A stretch of DNA of 64,000 nucleotides, taken from the NCBI GenBank assembly GCA_038255915.1, contig JBBSKY010000004.1, positions 432 to 64,431 of the forward strand, written 5' to 3'. The notes beneath the pieces are model-generated. The model was not told where the DNA came from. It saw only the letters and a program-made list of their open reading frames with translations, and made no database searches. Of this stretch, positions 44,535-54,787 are shown in pieces. The stretch is from Acidimicrobiales bacterium. Its GTDB lineage: Bacteria > Actinomycetota > Acidimicrobiia > Acidimicrobiales > JAUJNH01. How positions within the stretch are numbered: position 1 is the first letter of the stretch; every line of letters begins with the position of its first letter. The translations under genes were made by a program, and so were the position numbers.

Positions 44535-45158
44535 ATGGGGTTCCCGCCGGATCTGCTGAACGAGTCCGAGGAGATCGTCCTCGACCTGCGGCCCCACTGG
44601 GCCAAGCTGTTCTTCCCGGTCGTGTGGGTGGTGGTGGCCATCGCGGCCACGGCCGCGTCCAGCATCCTGGGTGCCCTGCCCGTGGTCACCTTCGTCCTCC
44701 TGGCCATCCTGGCCGTGGCCGTCGCCCTGCTGCTGGCCCGCTACGTGCGGTGGACCACGACCAACTTCGTGGTCACCAACGAGCGGCTGATCCACCGCGA
44801 GGGCATCATCGCCAAGCGGGGCATCGAGATCCCGCTCGACCGGGTGCAGACCATCAGGTTCAGCCAGACCGTCTTCGAGCGGATGATCGGCGCCGGTGAC
44901 CTGCTCATCGAGTCGGCGGGCGAGACGGGCCAGAACACCTTCAGCGACATCCGCAAGCCGAGCGTGGTGCAGAACGTGATCTACCGCGAGATCGAGGCCT
45001 ACGAGAACCGGCGGGTCGACCGGATGGCCGGCGGCCGGCGCCCGACGTCGGGGGGGCTGTCGGTCCCCGAGCAGCTCGAGAAGCTGCACCACCTGCTGCA
45101 GCAGGGCGCCATCAACCCCGCCGAGTACGAGGCCCAGAAGGCCCGCCTGCTCGCCTAG
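44535..45158 (+). CDS. Bacterial PH domain membrane protein with SHOCT tail
   Basis: RPHW, FVVTNERLI..GII, IPLDRV; LEKL..L...G.I...EYEAQKARLL. Confidence 0.85.
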   Translation: MGFPPDLLNESEEIVLDLRPHWAKLFFPVVWVVVAIAATAASSILGALPVVTFVLLAILAVAVALLLARYVRWTTTNFVVTNERLIHREGIIAKRGIEIPLDRVQTIRFSQTVFERMIGAGDLLIESAGETGQNTFSDIRKPSVVQNVIYREIEAYENRRVDRMAGGRRPTSGGLSVPEQLEKLHHLLQQGAINPAEYEAQKARLLA

Positions 45159-45181
45159 GCCCTGAACGAACGGCCCGACCG

Positions 45182-45613
45182 TCAGAGCACCGTCAACGCC
45201 TCGGCGGCCGCGCCGCAGACGGCCGACGACACCACCGAGCGGTTGAAGGTCACGAACCGGCCGCCTCGGTGAACCGCCAGGGCCAGCAGATAGGCATCGG
45301 TCACCTGCCGGGGACCGTGCAGCCGGCGGCGGTCGATCACGAGTTGGTCGACCAGGCTGATCTCACAGGACCAGAACTCGTGGTGGGCCGTGGCGCACGC
45401 CTGTTCGAGCAGGTCGGCCACGACGGCGGGCGGCGCCGGGCTCGGGTACCGGGGTTGGCTCATGAGGCGCACGACACCGTTCTGGGTGATCGCGCACGAT
45501 GCCCAACCGGTGTCGACCTCGTCCTCCAACCAGGCTCGGGCCCGGAGGTGGTCGGCATGGTCGCGGTCGAGCAACGCCAGGAGGACGTTGACGTCGAGCA
45601 GAGCCCGACTCAC
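45182..45613 (-). CDS. vapC: VapC PIN-domain toxin
   Basis: LLDVNVLLAL.D.DH..H, CAITQNG, QVTDAYLLALA, FVTFN. Confidence 0.9.
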   Translation of the reverse strand: MSRALLDVNVLLALLDRDHADHLRARAWLEDEVDTGWASCAITQNGVVRLMSQPRYPSPAPPAVVADLLEQACATAHHEFWSCEISLVDQLVIDRRRLHGPRQVTDAYLLALAVHRGGRFVTFNRSVVSSAVCGAAAEALTVL

Positions 45614-46761
45614 TCCGGTTCGTCCTCGCGCAGCTGGTCAATCAGACCGTTGGTCACCAAAGGACCCCGCGGGGGCAGCGGTCGGAAGCCGAGGAACTGC
45701 TCGTCCAGTCGCTCCTCGTCGGGCGGGAGGAGGCGGGCGCCGGCGGAGGGCCGCACCAGCCACGACGCCCGGTCGCCCACGTCGATCCGGCCGGTGGCGC
45801 CGGCCTCGACCAGGGCGACGGCGCAACCGCCGAAGCCGGCCCCGGTGAGGCGGGCGCCGATCACGCCGCGCTGTCCGCTGAGGTGGTCAACGAGGGCATC
45901 GAGCGCCGGAGTCGACACCTCGAAGTCGTCCCGGAGGCTGGCGTGGCTGGCGGCGAGGGCCTCGGCCAGCACGGCCCGGCCGAACCCGCTGGCGGCCACG
46001 GCCCGGACCCGCTCGCACTCGCTCACCACGTGGCGGGCCCGCCGGCGCAGCATCGGGTCGGCCAGCCGCTCGACGTCGTCTCGGCGGGCCCGGGGGAGCG
46101 GCCCGACCAGGAGGGCCGCCGACTCGCAGTCGGCCCGCCGCTCGGCATAGGCCGACCCGGCCAGCGTGCGGGCCTGACCCGAGTGCACCACCAGCACCTC
46201 GATCCCCGAAGGCAGCGGCACCGGGGTGACGGCGAGGGTGGCGCAGTCGATGAGCAGGGCGCAGCCGGCGACGCCCGCCGCCGAGGCCAGCTGGTCCATA
46301 ACCCCGCAGGGCACGCCGCTGGCCCGCTGCTCGGCCCGCTGGCCGAGGAGGGCCAGCTGGACGGCGTCGCCGCGGAAGCCGAGAGCCAACGCCACCGCCA
46401 GCTCGAGGGCGGCGCTGGACGACAGCCCGGCCCCGACCGGCAGGGTCGTCTCCACCGTGCCCCGGCCCCCTGCGACCCGGTTCGAGCCGCCCCGCACCTG
46501 CACCGGCCCGGCACCGAGCTCGGCCACGACTCCGGCCACGTAGCGGGCCCAGGGTGGTTCCACGCCTGCCGCGTCCTCGACCTCGCTGGCCACCTCGGCC
46601 ACCCCTGGCTCGGCCGCCGAGGTGAGGCGCACCACCCGGCCCCCGGGGGCGAACCGGACTGTGGTGCCGAGGTCGATCGCCATGGGCAGCACGGGACCGC
46701 CGGCGTAATCGATGTGGTCGCCGATGAGGTTGACCCGCCCCGGCGCCCAGGCCGAGATCAC
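45610..46761 (-). CDS. galK: Galactokinase with C-terminal VapB-antitoxin-like extension
   Basis: APGRVNLIGDHIDY, PVGAGLSSSAA, CGVMDQ, GARLTGAGFGGC; extra tail GFRPLPPRGPLVTNGLIDQLREDEPE. Confidence 0.9.
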   Translation of the reverse strand: MISAWAPGRVNLIGDHIDYAGGPVLPMAIDLGTTVRFAPGGRVVRLTSAAEPGVAEVASEVEDAAGVEPPWARYVAGVVAELGAGPVQVRGGSNRVAGGRGTVETTLPVGAGLSSSAALELAVALALGFRGDAVQLALLGQRAEQRASGVPCGVMDQLASAAGVAGCALLIDCATLAVTPVPLPSGIEVLVVHSGQARTLAGSAYAERRADCESAALLVGPLPRARRDDVERLADPMLRRRARHVVSECERVRAVAASGFGRAVLAEALAASHASLRDDFEVSTPALDALVDHLSGQRGVIGARLTGAGFGGCAVALVEAGATGRIDVGDRASWLVRPSAGARLLPPDEERLDEQFLGFRPLPPRGPLVTNGLIDQLREDEPE

Positions 46762-46837
46762 GGTGCCGACACAGGGACGCCAGCGTCGCCGAGATGCTCT
46801 CCGACGAGGTCGAACCAGTCCGGCGAGGCCACCGCCG

Positions 46838-47704
46838 TCAGGCCCCGGGCAGGGCCCGCAGCCGGGCGGCGGCGTCCTCGGGCGACACCGGGTTGAAGTA
46901 CACCCCGCTGCCCAGCTCGCCGGCGGCCACGAAGCGGGGCGTGCCCGGTGCCCGCAGGAGCGGGGCGATGTGGGCGTGGAGGTGGGCCAGCGGCCACTCG
47001 CCGGCGTCGGAGGGCCGCTGGTGCCACCACAGCATGTAGGGCATCGGGGCGTCGAACAGCTGATCGAGTCGCGCCAGGGCGTCAACCAAGATCTCGGCCA
47101 GCGCCGTGCGCTGCTCCTCGTCCAGGGCCGGAAGCGACTGGATGTGGCTGGACGGCGCCACCCGCAGCTCGAAGGCCCAGGCGCTGGCCTCGGGGCACCA
47201 GGCCCGCCAGGGGCCCGACTCGCTGACGACCGTGCGCTCGGGCGGCGTCTCGCATAGAGCGCAGCGTCCCAGCGTCAGCTCGCGCAGCGGCGCCTGGGGC
47301 ACCTCGTCGAAGGCGTAGGCCTGGCCGTGGGGATGGTCGATGGTGGCGCCCACCTCGGCCCCCCGGTTCTCGAAGAGCAGGACGTAGGCGACCCCTTCGA
47401 GGGCGCCCATGGCCACGGTCCGGTCGATCCACAGGCCGACGACCCGGCGCACCCCCTCCACCCCCAGCTGCCAGAGGGCGACGCTGTGCTCGGGGGAGTA
47501 GAGGAGCACCTCGGCCCGGTCCTTGCCGAGCGGCGGCCACCGGTTCGGGAACCAGCGGACGACGTAGGGCTCGGGCGCCTCGAGGCCTCCAGGGCAGAAC
47601 GGGCAGCCGCTGGCCGGCCGGTTGGGGCGGCCCTGACGAGCGCCCGTGACCACCACCTGAGCCCGCGTCAGCCGATCGAGCCGCACGTGCGGACCCTCTG
47701 CCAC
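46838..47704 (-). CDS. galT: Galactose-1-phosphate uridylyltransferase (HIT superfamily)
   Basis: CPFCPG, FENRG..VG.T..HPHGQ, PE.AAARLR. Confidence 0.92.
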   Translation of the reverse strand: MAEGPHVRLDRLTRAQVVVTGARQGRPNRPASGCPFCPGGLEAPEPYVVRWFPNRWPPLGKDRAEVLLYSPEHSVALWQLGVEGVRRVVGLWIDRTVAMGALEGVAYVLLFENRGAEVGATIDHPHGQAYAFDEVPQAPLRELTLGRCALCETPPERTVVSESGPWRAWCPEASAWAFELRVAPSSHIQSLPALDEEQRTALAEILVDALARLDQLFDAPMPYMLWWHQRPSDAGEWPLAHLHAHIAPLLRAPGTPRFVAAGELGSGVYFNPVSPEDAAARLRALPGA

Positions 47705-47797
47705 AACGCCGACCGTAGGCGTTGCTGGCCCCGCGGGCTGGGATGGACCCGCGTCCCAGGTTGACCGGCACGGTGACGACCAGGGACGCTGAGAGCG

Positions 47798-48658
47798 ATG
47801 CCGGTCGCAGCAACCCAGGGGATCCCGCTGTTCTACGAGGACGAGGGGAAGGCCGACGACGAGCCGCTCCTGCTCGTCATGGGCTTCACCGCCCAGCTCA
47901 CCTCGTGGCCCGCCCCGTTCGTCGCCGAGCTGGTGCGGCGGCGGTTCCGGGTCATCCGGGTCGACAACCGGGACTGCGGGCTGTCCGGCTACCTCGACGG
48001 CGTCGTGGTCAACCCCTTCGAGGTCGACCCCACCAAGGTGCCCTACCTGCTCGGCGACATGGCCGACGACCTCGTCGGCCTCCTCGATCACCTCGAGATC
48101 GCGAGCGCCCACCTCGTCGGCGCCTCGATGGGCGGGATGATCGCCCAGAGCCTCGCCGTCGACCACCCGGAACGGGTCCGCAGCCTGTGCTCGATCATGA
48201 GCACCACCGGGGCCGCCGACGTGGGGCAGCCGACCGCCGAGGCCGTCATGGCCCTCCTCACCCCGGCGCCCACCGACCGGGAGGGGGTGCTGGACCGCAG
48301 CGTCGCCGTGTCGGCGGTGCTCGGCTCCAAGTCGCACCCCCAGGACCCCGCCGACGCCCGGGCCCGGGCCGCCGAGTCGTTCGACCGGGCCTACTACCCA
48401 GAGGGGGCCACCCGGCAGCTGGCGGCCATGCTGGCCAGCGGCGACCGCACCGAGCGTTTGTCCCGGCTCCGCCTGCCCACGCTGGTCATCCACGGCCTCC
48501 AGGACCCCCTCATCCAGCCCGACGGGGGTCGGGCCACCGCCGCCGCCATCCCCGGGGCCCGCCTGATGGAGCTGGCCGACATGGCCCACGACCTGCCGCC
48601 CCACCTGTGGCCCCTGCTGACCGAGGCCATCGCCGACAACGCCCGCGGCGCGGGCTGA
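47798..48658 (+). CDS. Alpha/beta hydrolase
   Basis: DNRDCGLS, GASMGG, HG..DPLI, MAHDLP. Confidence 0.9.
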   Translation: MPVAATQGIPLFYEDEGKADDEPLLLVMGFTAQLTSWPAPFVAELVRRRFRVIRVDNRDCGLSGYLDGVVVNPFEVDPTKVPYLLGDMADDLVGLLDHLEIASAHLVGASMGGMIAQSLAVDHPERVRSLCSIMSTTGAADVGQPTAEAVMALLTPAPTDREGVLDRSVAVSAVLGSKSHPQDPADARARAAESFDRAYYPEGATRQLAAMLASGDRTERLSRLRLPTLVIHGLQDPLIQPDGGRATAAAIPGARLMELADMAHDLPPHLWPLLTEAIADNARGAG

Positions 48659-48661
48659 GGC

Positions 48662-49243
48662 GTGGAGCCGGAGTCCCGGGTGGCCCAGGCCCGCGCCCTG
48701 GTCGAGGCGTTCGAGCCGGTGGAGCCCTCCCAGGTCGCAGCCCGGTCGGCCACGCTGGCGCTGCTCGAGCGGACGGCCCAACCCCTCGGCCGCCAGGATG
48801 GCGGCCACCTCACCGGCTCGGCGCTGGTCGTCGACGCCGCCTTCGAGCGGGTGCTGGTGCTGTGGCACAAGAAGCTGGCCATATGGGTGCAGCCGGGCGG
48901 TCACCTCGACGGGGACGGCGACCTGGCCCGTTCGGCGTTGAGGGAGGCGGTCGAGGAGACCGGCATCGACGGCCTCCGGCTGGCTGACGGGGCGCCCGTC
49001 GACCTCGACGTGCACCGCGTCGCCCCGGGCGACGCCGATCCCCACGACCACCACGACGTCCGCTTCGTGGTGGTGGCCCCGCCCGGTGCCGAGCCCGTGG
49101 CCAACTCCGAGGCCGACCGCTTCCGCTGGCTGACCCTGGCCGAGGTCGAGGCCGACTCCGGCTGCGACCCGAGCCTGCGCCGTCTGGCCCGCCTCGGCCT
49201 GGCCGCCCTCCCGAGCCGGCGGGGGCCGTCAGCACAGCCCTGA
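48662..49243 (+). CDS. NUDIX hydrolase
   Basis: HLTGSA, QPGGH, ALREAVEETG. Confidence 0.9.
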   Translation: MEPESRVAQARALVEAFEPVEPSQVAARSATLALLERTAQPLGRQDGGHLTGSALVVDAAFERVLVLWHKKLAIWVQPGGHLDGDGDLARSALREAVEETGIDGLRLADGAPVDLDVHRVAPGDADPHDHHDVRFVVVAPPGAEPVANSEADRFRWLTLAEVEADSGCDPSLRRLARLGLAALPSRRGPSAQP

Positions 49244-49265
49244 GGCCCCGCTACCTTCGCCGGCC

Positions 49266-50054
49266 GTGGCCACCGTCGTGTTCCTCCACGCCCACCCGGA
49301 CGACGAGTGCCTGACCACGGGGGGCACCATGGCCCGCCTGGCGGACGAGGGGCACCGGGTCCTGCTGGTCACCGCCACCGACGGGGCGCTGGGCGAGTGC
49401 CCCGAGGATCTGCTCGCCGCAGGCGAGGCGCTGGTCGAGCTGCGGGCCAGGGAGGTGCAGGCCTCGGCCGCCGCCCTCGGGGTGGCTGAGCACCGCTTCC
49501 TCGGCTACGGCGACTCGGGCATGGTGGGCACCGACGGCAACGCCGTCTCCGGTGCGTTCTGCAACGTCGACGTCGAGGAGGCGGCCGCCCAGCTGGCCGC
49601 CTGGCTGGCCGAGGTGGGGGCCGACGTCCTAGTGGCCTACGACGAGCACGGCGGCTACGGCCACCCCGACCACATCCAGGTCCACCGGGTCGGTGTCCGG
49701 GCCGCTGAGCTGGCCGGAACCCCGGCGCTGTACCAGGCCACCATCAACCGCGAGGCGGTCCAGGCCCTGTTGGCCCAGGCCGCCGAGCTCGGGATGGTGC
49801 GTGAGGACGGAACCGGCCCCTCGCCCGAGGAGATGGCCACCATCGGGCTGCCGGCCGACGAGATCACCACCGTGGTCGACGTCGCCGCCTACACCGATGC
49901 CAAGCAGGCGGCGATGCGCTGCCACCTCACCCAGGTCGGCGACATGGCCTTCTTCCTCGGGATGCCCGCCGACACCTTCAACCAGGCGTTCGGACGCGAG
50001 TGGTTCGTGCGGATGCGGGCGCCGGAGGGCACCCCCGAGGACCACCTCGTCTGA
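49266..50054 (+). CDS. PIG-L family deacetylase (MshB-like)
   Basis: HAHPDDE, GY.DSGM, GGYGHPDHIQ. Confidence 0.9.
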   Translation: MATVVFLHAHPDDECLTTGGTMARLADEGHRVLLVTATDGALGECPEDLLAAGEALVELRAREVQASAAALGVAEHRFLGYGDSGMVGTDGNAVSGAFCNVDVEEAAAQLAAWLAEVGADVLVAYDEHGGYGHPDHIQVHRVGVRAAELAGTPALYQATINREAVQALLAQAAELGMVREDGTGPSPEEMATIGLPADEITTVVDVAAYTDAKQAAMRCHLTQVGDMAFFLGMPADTFNQAFGREWFVRMRAPEGTPEDHLV

Positions 50055-50073
50055 GGGGTGGGAGGCTGCACCG

Positions 50074-50256
50074 GTGAGCCACGTGGTCATCAACGCCATC
50101 AACGTCCCCGCCGAGCAGCACGACGCCATGGCCGAGCGCTTCGCCAAGCGGGCCGGCCTGGTCGAGCAGGCCGAGGGGTTCGAGCGCTTCTCCCTGCTCC
50201 GCCCCGCCGACGGTCACGAGATCTGGGCCTTCTCGGTGGCCCAGCAGGTCGGTTGA
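50074..50256 (+). pseudogene. Internally deleted ABM/MhuD-like monooxygenase
   Basis: VVINAINVP...RFAKRAG.VEQAEGFERFSLLRPADG joins directly to C-terminal EIWAFSV; 60 aa versus about 100 expected. Confidence 0.7.
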
Positions 50257-50293
50257 CCCAGCGGCCGCCCCCGCCCCGGCCGGGGCCCCGACC

Positions 50294-50662
50294 GTGAGGC
50301 TCAGCAGCCTGCACAGCGGGTTCGCCTGGGTGGTGATCGGGGCCAACGCCGGCGCCGGGCTGTGGGCGCTCGGCGCTCACAAGTGGTCGGCGCTGCGCTG
50401 CCGGGCCCTGTGGTGGGCGACGGTGGCGGCCGAGCTCACGATCTTCGTCCAGGTGGCCCTGGGCGCGGCCCTGGTGGGCGGCCAGGGCCGGGAGGTGGCC
50501 CAGTTCCACGCCTTCTACGGGTTCGTGGGGATCGTCGCCGTCGGGATCCTCTTCAGCTACCGGGCCCAGCTGGCCCACCGTCTCTACCTGCTCTACGGCC
50601 TCGGCGGCCTGTTCCTCATGGGCCTGGCCATCCGGGCCCTCCAGATCCCCGCCCGCCCCTGA
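50294..50662 (+). CDS. Hypothetical 4-TM membrane protein
   Basis: Hydrophobic ORF with LH and FHAFYG motifs. Confidence 0.75.
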   Translation: MRLSSLHSGFAWVVIGANAGAGLWALGAHKWSALRCRALWWATVAAELTIFVQVALGAALVGGQGREVAQFHAFYGFVGIVAVGILFSYRAQLAHRLYLLYGLGGLFLMGLAIRALQIPARP

Positions 50663-50697
50663 CGCCGCTTACCTCAGGAGCATGCTGAAGCACACTC

Positions 50698-50937
50698 CTA
50701 GTCGAGGTGCACGACCGTGCAGGTCAGGGTGCGGGTGATGCCCTCGATCTGGCCCACGTCGGAGACCACGGTCCGGGCCAGCTCGTCCATGCTGTCGGCC
50801 TCGGCTCGGACGATGACGTCATAGACGCCCGCCACCGCCTCGGCGGTCACGAAGCCGGGGAGCTGCCCGACGGCGCGGGCCACCTCGGCCGCCTTGCCCA
50901 CCTCGGTCTGGATGAGGACGTACGCGGTGACGGGCAT
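50698..50937 (-). CDS. Lrp/AsnC ligand-binding domain-only protein
   Basis: AYVLIQTEVGK, G.YDVI, GITRTLTC. Confidence 0.9.
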   Translation of the reverse strand: MPVTAYVLIQTEVGKAAEVARAVGQLPGFVTAEAVAGVYDVIVRAEADSMDELARTVVSDVGQIEGITRTLTCTVVHLD

Positions 50938-51044
50938 GGTCGCTCCTTCGGCGGCGGGGCAGCGACCGGACAGTAGTGGCGGTGCCGTCCGCCCAGGGCC
51001 GGCCCGCGGTCGATCGGGGCCTCAACGCAAGTACCATGCCCCGT

Positions 51045-51959
51045 GTGCGCCCCGGCCTGGTCGTGGTCGCTGCCCTCGCCACCGCGGCCGCGGCCGCCGC
51101 CGTCGGTGTGGCCGGCTCCGCCGTGGCCCAGGTCACAGGCTCGATCATGGTGGCTCCGGCCGCCGCCGATCCGGGCGGGACGGTCGTGGTGAGCAACGGA
51201 GCCGACTCGCTGTGCTTCCCGGTCCCGGTGGGGGCCACCAGCCCGTCGGTCTCGGTCGACCTCTACGCCGCCGGCTCGGATACGCCGGCTAACCGGCTCC
51301 CCTATCTGGGCGCGGTCGGCGCCCTCGGGGCCTGGTCGATCGAGGTTCGGCTGGCTCCCGACCTGCCGCCCGGCCTGTACCGGGTGCAGGCCGGCTGCTT
51401 CACCGACTCGGGCCTGAACGCCGGGTTCGGCCCCGATTACCAGCCCGGCCGGCTCGAGCTGCGCCAGCAGGAGCTGGGCCCGCCCCGACCCAACACCAGC
51501 CTGGGCCGCCCCGGTCAGGTCGTGCAGGTCGCCTCAGGGCAAGCGCCCTGCGTCCCGCCGGTGGGGTCGCCGAGCCCCCGGGTGCGGGTCAGCCTCCTCG
51601 ACGCCGCCCGGGCCACCCGGGCCGAGGCCGAGGGCACCGTCGACAGCTCCAACGGGGCGTGGTCGGTGACCCTCACCATCCCCTCGGTCGAGCCCCAGGA
51701 CGCCCAGATCAGCGCCGTCTGCCTGGCCCGGGTCGGGGCATCGGTTCCCTACGCCCGGTACGGCCCCGCTCCCTTCGCCATCGATGCGCTGCCACTCCCG
51801 CCGACCACGACGACGTCCTCAACGGTCCCCGGGCCCGTCACCCCGTCCACCACGCCCGGCACCGCGACGCCACCGACCTCGGTCCAGCCGCCGCCCGGCG
51901 AACTGCCGATCACCCCCCTGGCCTCAGCCGTCGTCGCCGAGCCCACCTACACGGGCTGA
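51045..51959 (+). CDS. Secreted two-domain beta-sandwich-like protein with Pro/Thr linker ending in PTYTG
   Basis: Signal peptide; two repeats each with a Cys pair and GAWS; start GTG 51045 (TACCAT 7 nt upstream) or ATG 51036. Confidence 0.75.
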   Translation: MRPGLVVVAALATAAAAAAVGVAGSAVAQVTGSIMVAPAAADPGGTVVVSNGADSLCFPVPVGATSPSVSVDLYAAGSDTPANRLPYLGAVGALGAWSIEVRLAPDLPPGLYRVQAGCFTDSGLNAGFGPDYQPGRLELRQQELGPPRPNTSLGRPGQVVQVASGQAPCVPPVGSPSPRVRVSLLDAARATRAEAEGTVDSSNGAWSVTLTIPSVEPQDAQISAVCLARVGASVPYARYGPAPFAIDALPLPPTTTTSSTVPGPVTPSTTPGTATPPTSVQPPPGELPITPLASAVVAEPTYTG

Positions 51960-51978
51960 GCCCGACCCGCCCCGCCCG

Positions 51979-52740
51979 TCAGCGGCGCACCTCGACCGGG
52001 ACCCCGAGCGGGAGCTGGGTGGCCAGGGCGGAGATGGCCTCGTTGGAGACCCGGAGGCAGCCGAGGCTGACGCTGCGGCCCAGCGTCGTGGGGTCGTTGG
52101 TGCCGTGCAGCCCGAGCTGGCCGAACGCCGCGGTCGGGCCGGTCTCAGTGCCGGTGAAGCCGGAGAGGCCGAAGGCGTAGGTGCCGTAGGGGCCGTCGGG
52201 GCTCGGCGGCTGCAGCAGCTCGGTGGTGTACCAGCGCCCTCCCGGGGTGGGCGTGCCGCTGGTGCCGATCCCTATCGTCTCGACCCGCACCACATCGGGG
52301 CCCTGGAACACCGTCATCCGGTAGACGCCCAGCTCGACCACGATGCGCCAACGGTGCTGGCTCAGCTTCACATCCTGGAGCCGTACCCAGCCGGTCGACC
52401 CGGCGGGCCGCGTGGGGAGCAGCACCTCGGCCATCTCAGAGCGGCGCTGGAGGACCTGGAAGACCGTGGCCGTGCCCGACGGCTGTGGCGAGGCCACCCA
52501 ACGGGCGGGCGAGCTGTCGCCGGCCTCGTCGAACACCTCGACCGAGGGCACTACGGCCTCGGCGACGATCACCGGGTCCGGGCTCGGGGAGCCCGGGAGG
52601 GGACGGGCGTCGGCTCGCCCCGGCGCCGGCTCGGGCAGGGTGCCCTGCACGGCCGCCGGCTTCTCCTCGCAGCCGGCCAGCCCTGCCGCCGCCAGCCCGG
52701 CCAGCGCGGCCAGCACCAAGGTTGCTGCCCGTCGACCCAC
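51979..52740 (-). CDS. L,D-transpeptidase (YkuD) lipoprotein
   Basis: LAGC lipobox, TPTPGG, GLHGTN...SLGCLRV. Confidence 0.92.
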   Translation of the reverse strand: MGRRAATLVLAALAGLAAAGLAGCEEKPAAVQGTLPEPAPGRADARPLPGSPSPDPVIVAEAVVPSVEVFDEAGDSSPARWVASPQPSGTATVFQVLQRRSEMAEVLLPTRPAGSTGWVRLQDVKLSQHRWRIVVELGVYRMTVFQGPDVVRVETIGIGTSGTPTPGGRWYTTELLQPPSPDGPYGTYAFGLSGFTGTETGPTAAFGQLGLHGTNDPTTLGRSVSLGCLRVSNEAISALATQLPLGVPVEVRR

Positions 52741-52771
52741 GGGCCGACGCTACCGCCGCCCGGGCGGCGAC

Positions 52772-53008
52772 CTACGTCGCCGGGCCGAAGGGCTCGCCGG
52801 CCTCGGTGTAGCAGGCCTGGTGGTAGTGCTCAACCCGCCGCCAGCGGCCGGCCTCGTAGATGTTGCAGATGACCTGTGTGCACCGGACCCGGGCCTGGAA
52901 CTTCACCTGCAGATCGCACACGGGGCAGAAGGCCGAGCTGCCCGGTTCGATGGTCCGCGCCACCGCTCGGCTCTGAGATGTGAAAGTCGCCGATGTCACG
53001 GTCGCCAC
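52772..53008 (-). CDS. Small putative zinc-finger protein
   Basis: CPVC...QVICNIY...EHYHQAC; GGAGG RBS. Confidence 0.7.
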   Translation of the reverse strand: MATVTSATFTSQSRAVARTIEPGSSAFCPVCDLQVKFQARVRCTQVICNIYEAGRWRRVEHYHQACYTEAGEPFGPAT

Positions 53009-53016
53009 ACCTCCCC

Positions 53017-53043
53017 ATCGGCACCCTTCACCGCCATCTTGAG
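53017..53043 (-). promoter_or_regulatory. Sigma-28 (FliA/WhiG-type) promoter
   Basis: CTCAAG-N15-GCCGAT upstream of the zinc-finger gene. Confidence 0.65.
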
Positions 53044-53064
53044 CCTTTGTGCGTCAGCGCGCTC

Positions 53065-54762
<1,698 letters not shown>

Positions 54763-54787
54763 GACCGAGGAGGCTACCGGCGACCCC

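Noticed and set aside
46460..46520. Possible short in-frame insert in galK (PVQVRGGSNRV)
   Set aside because: No clear flanking repeat; needs an alignment to distinguish from loop variation
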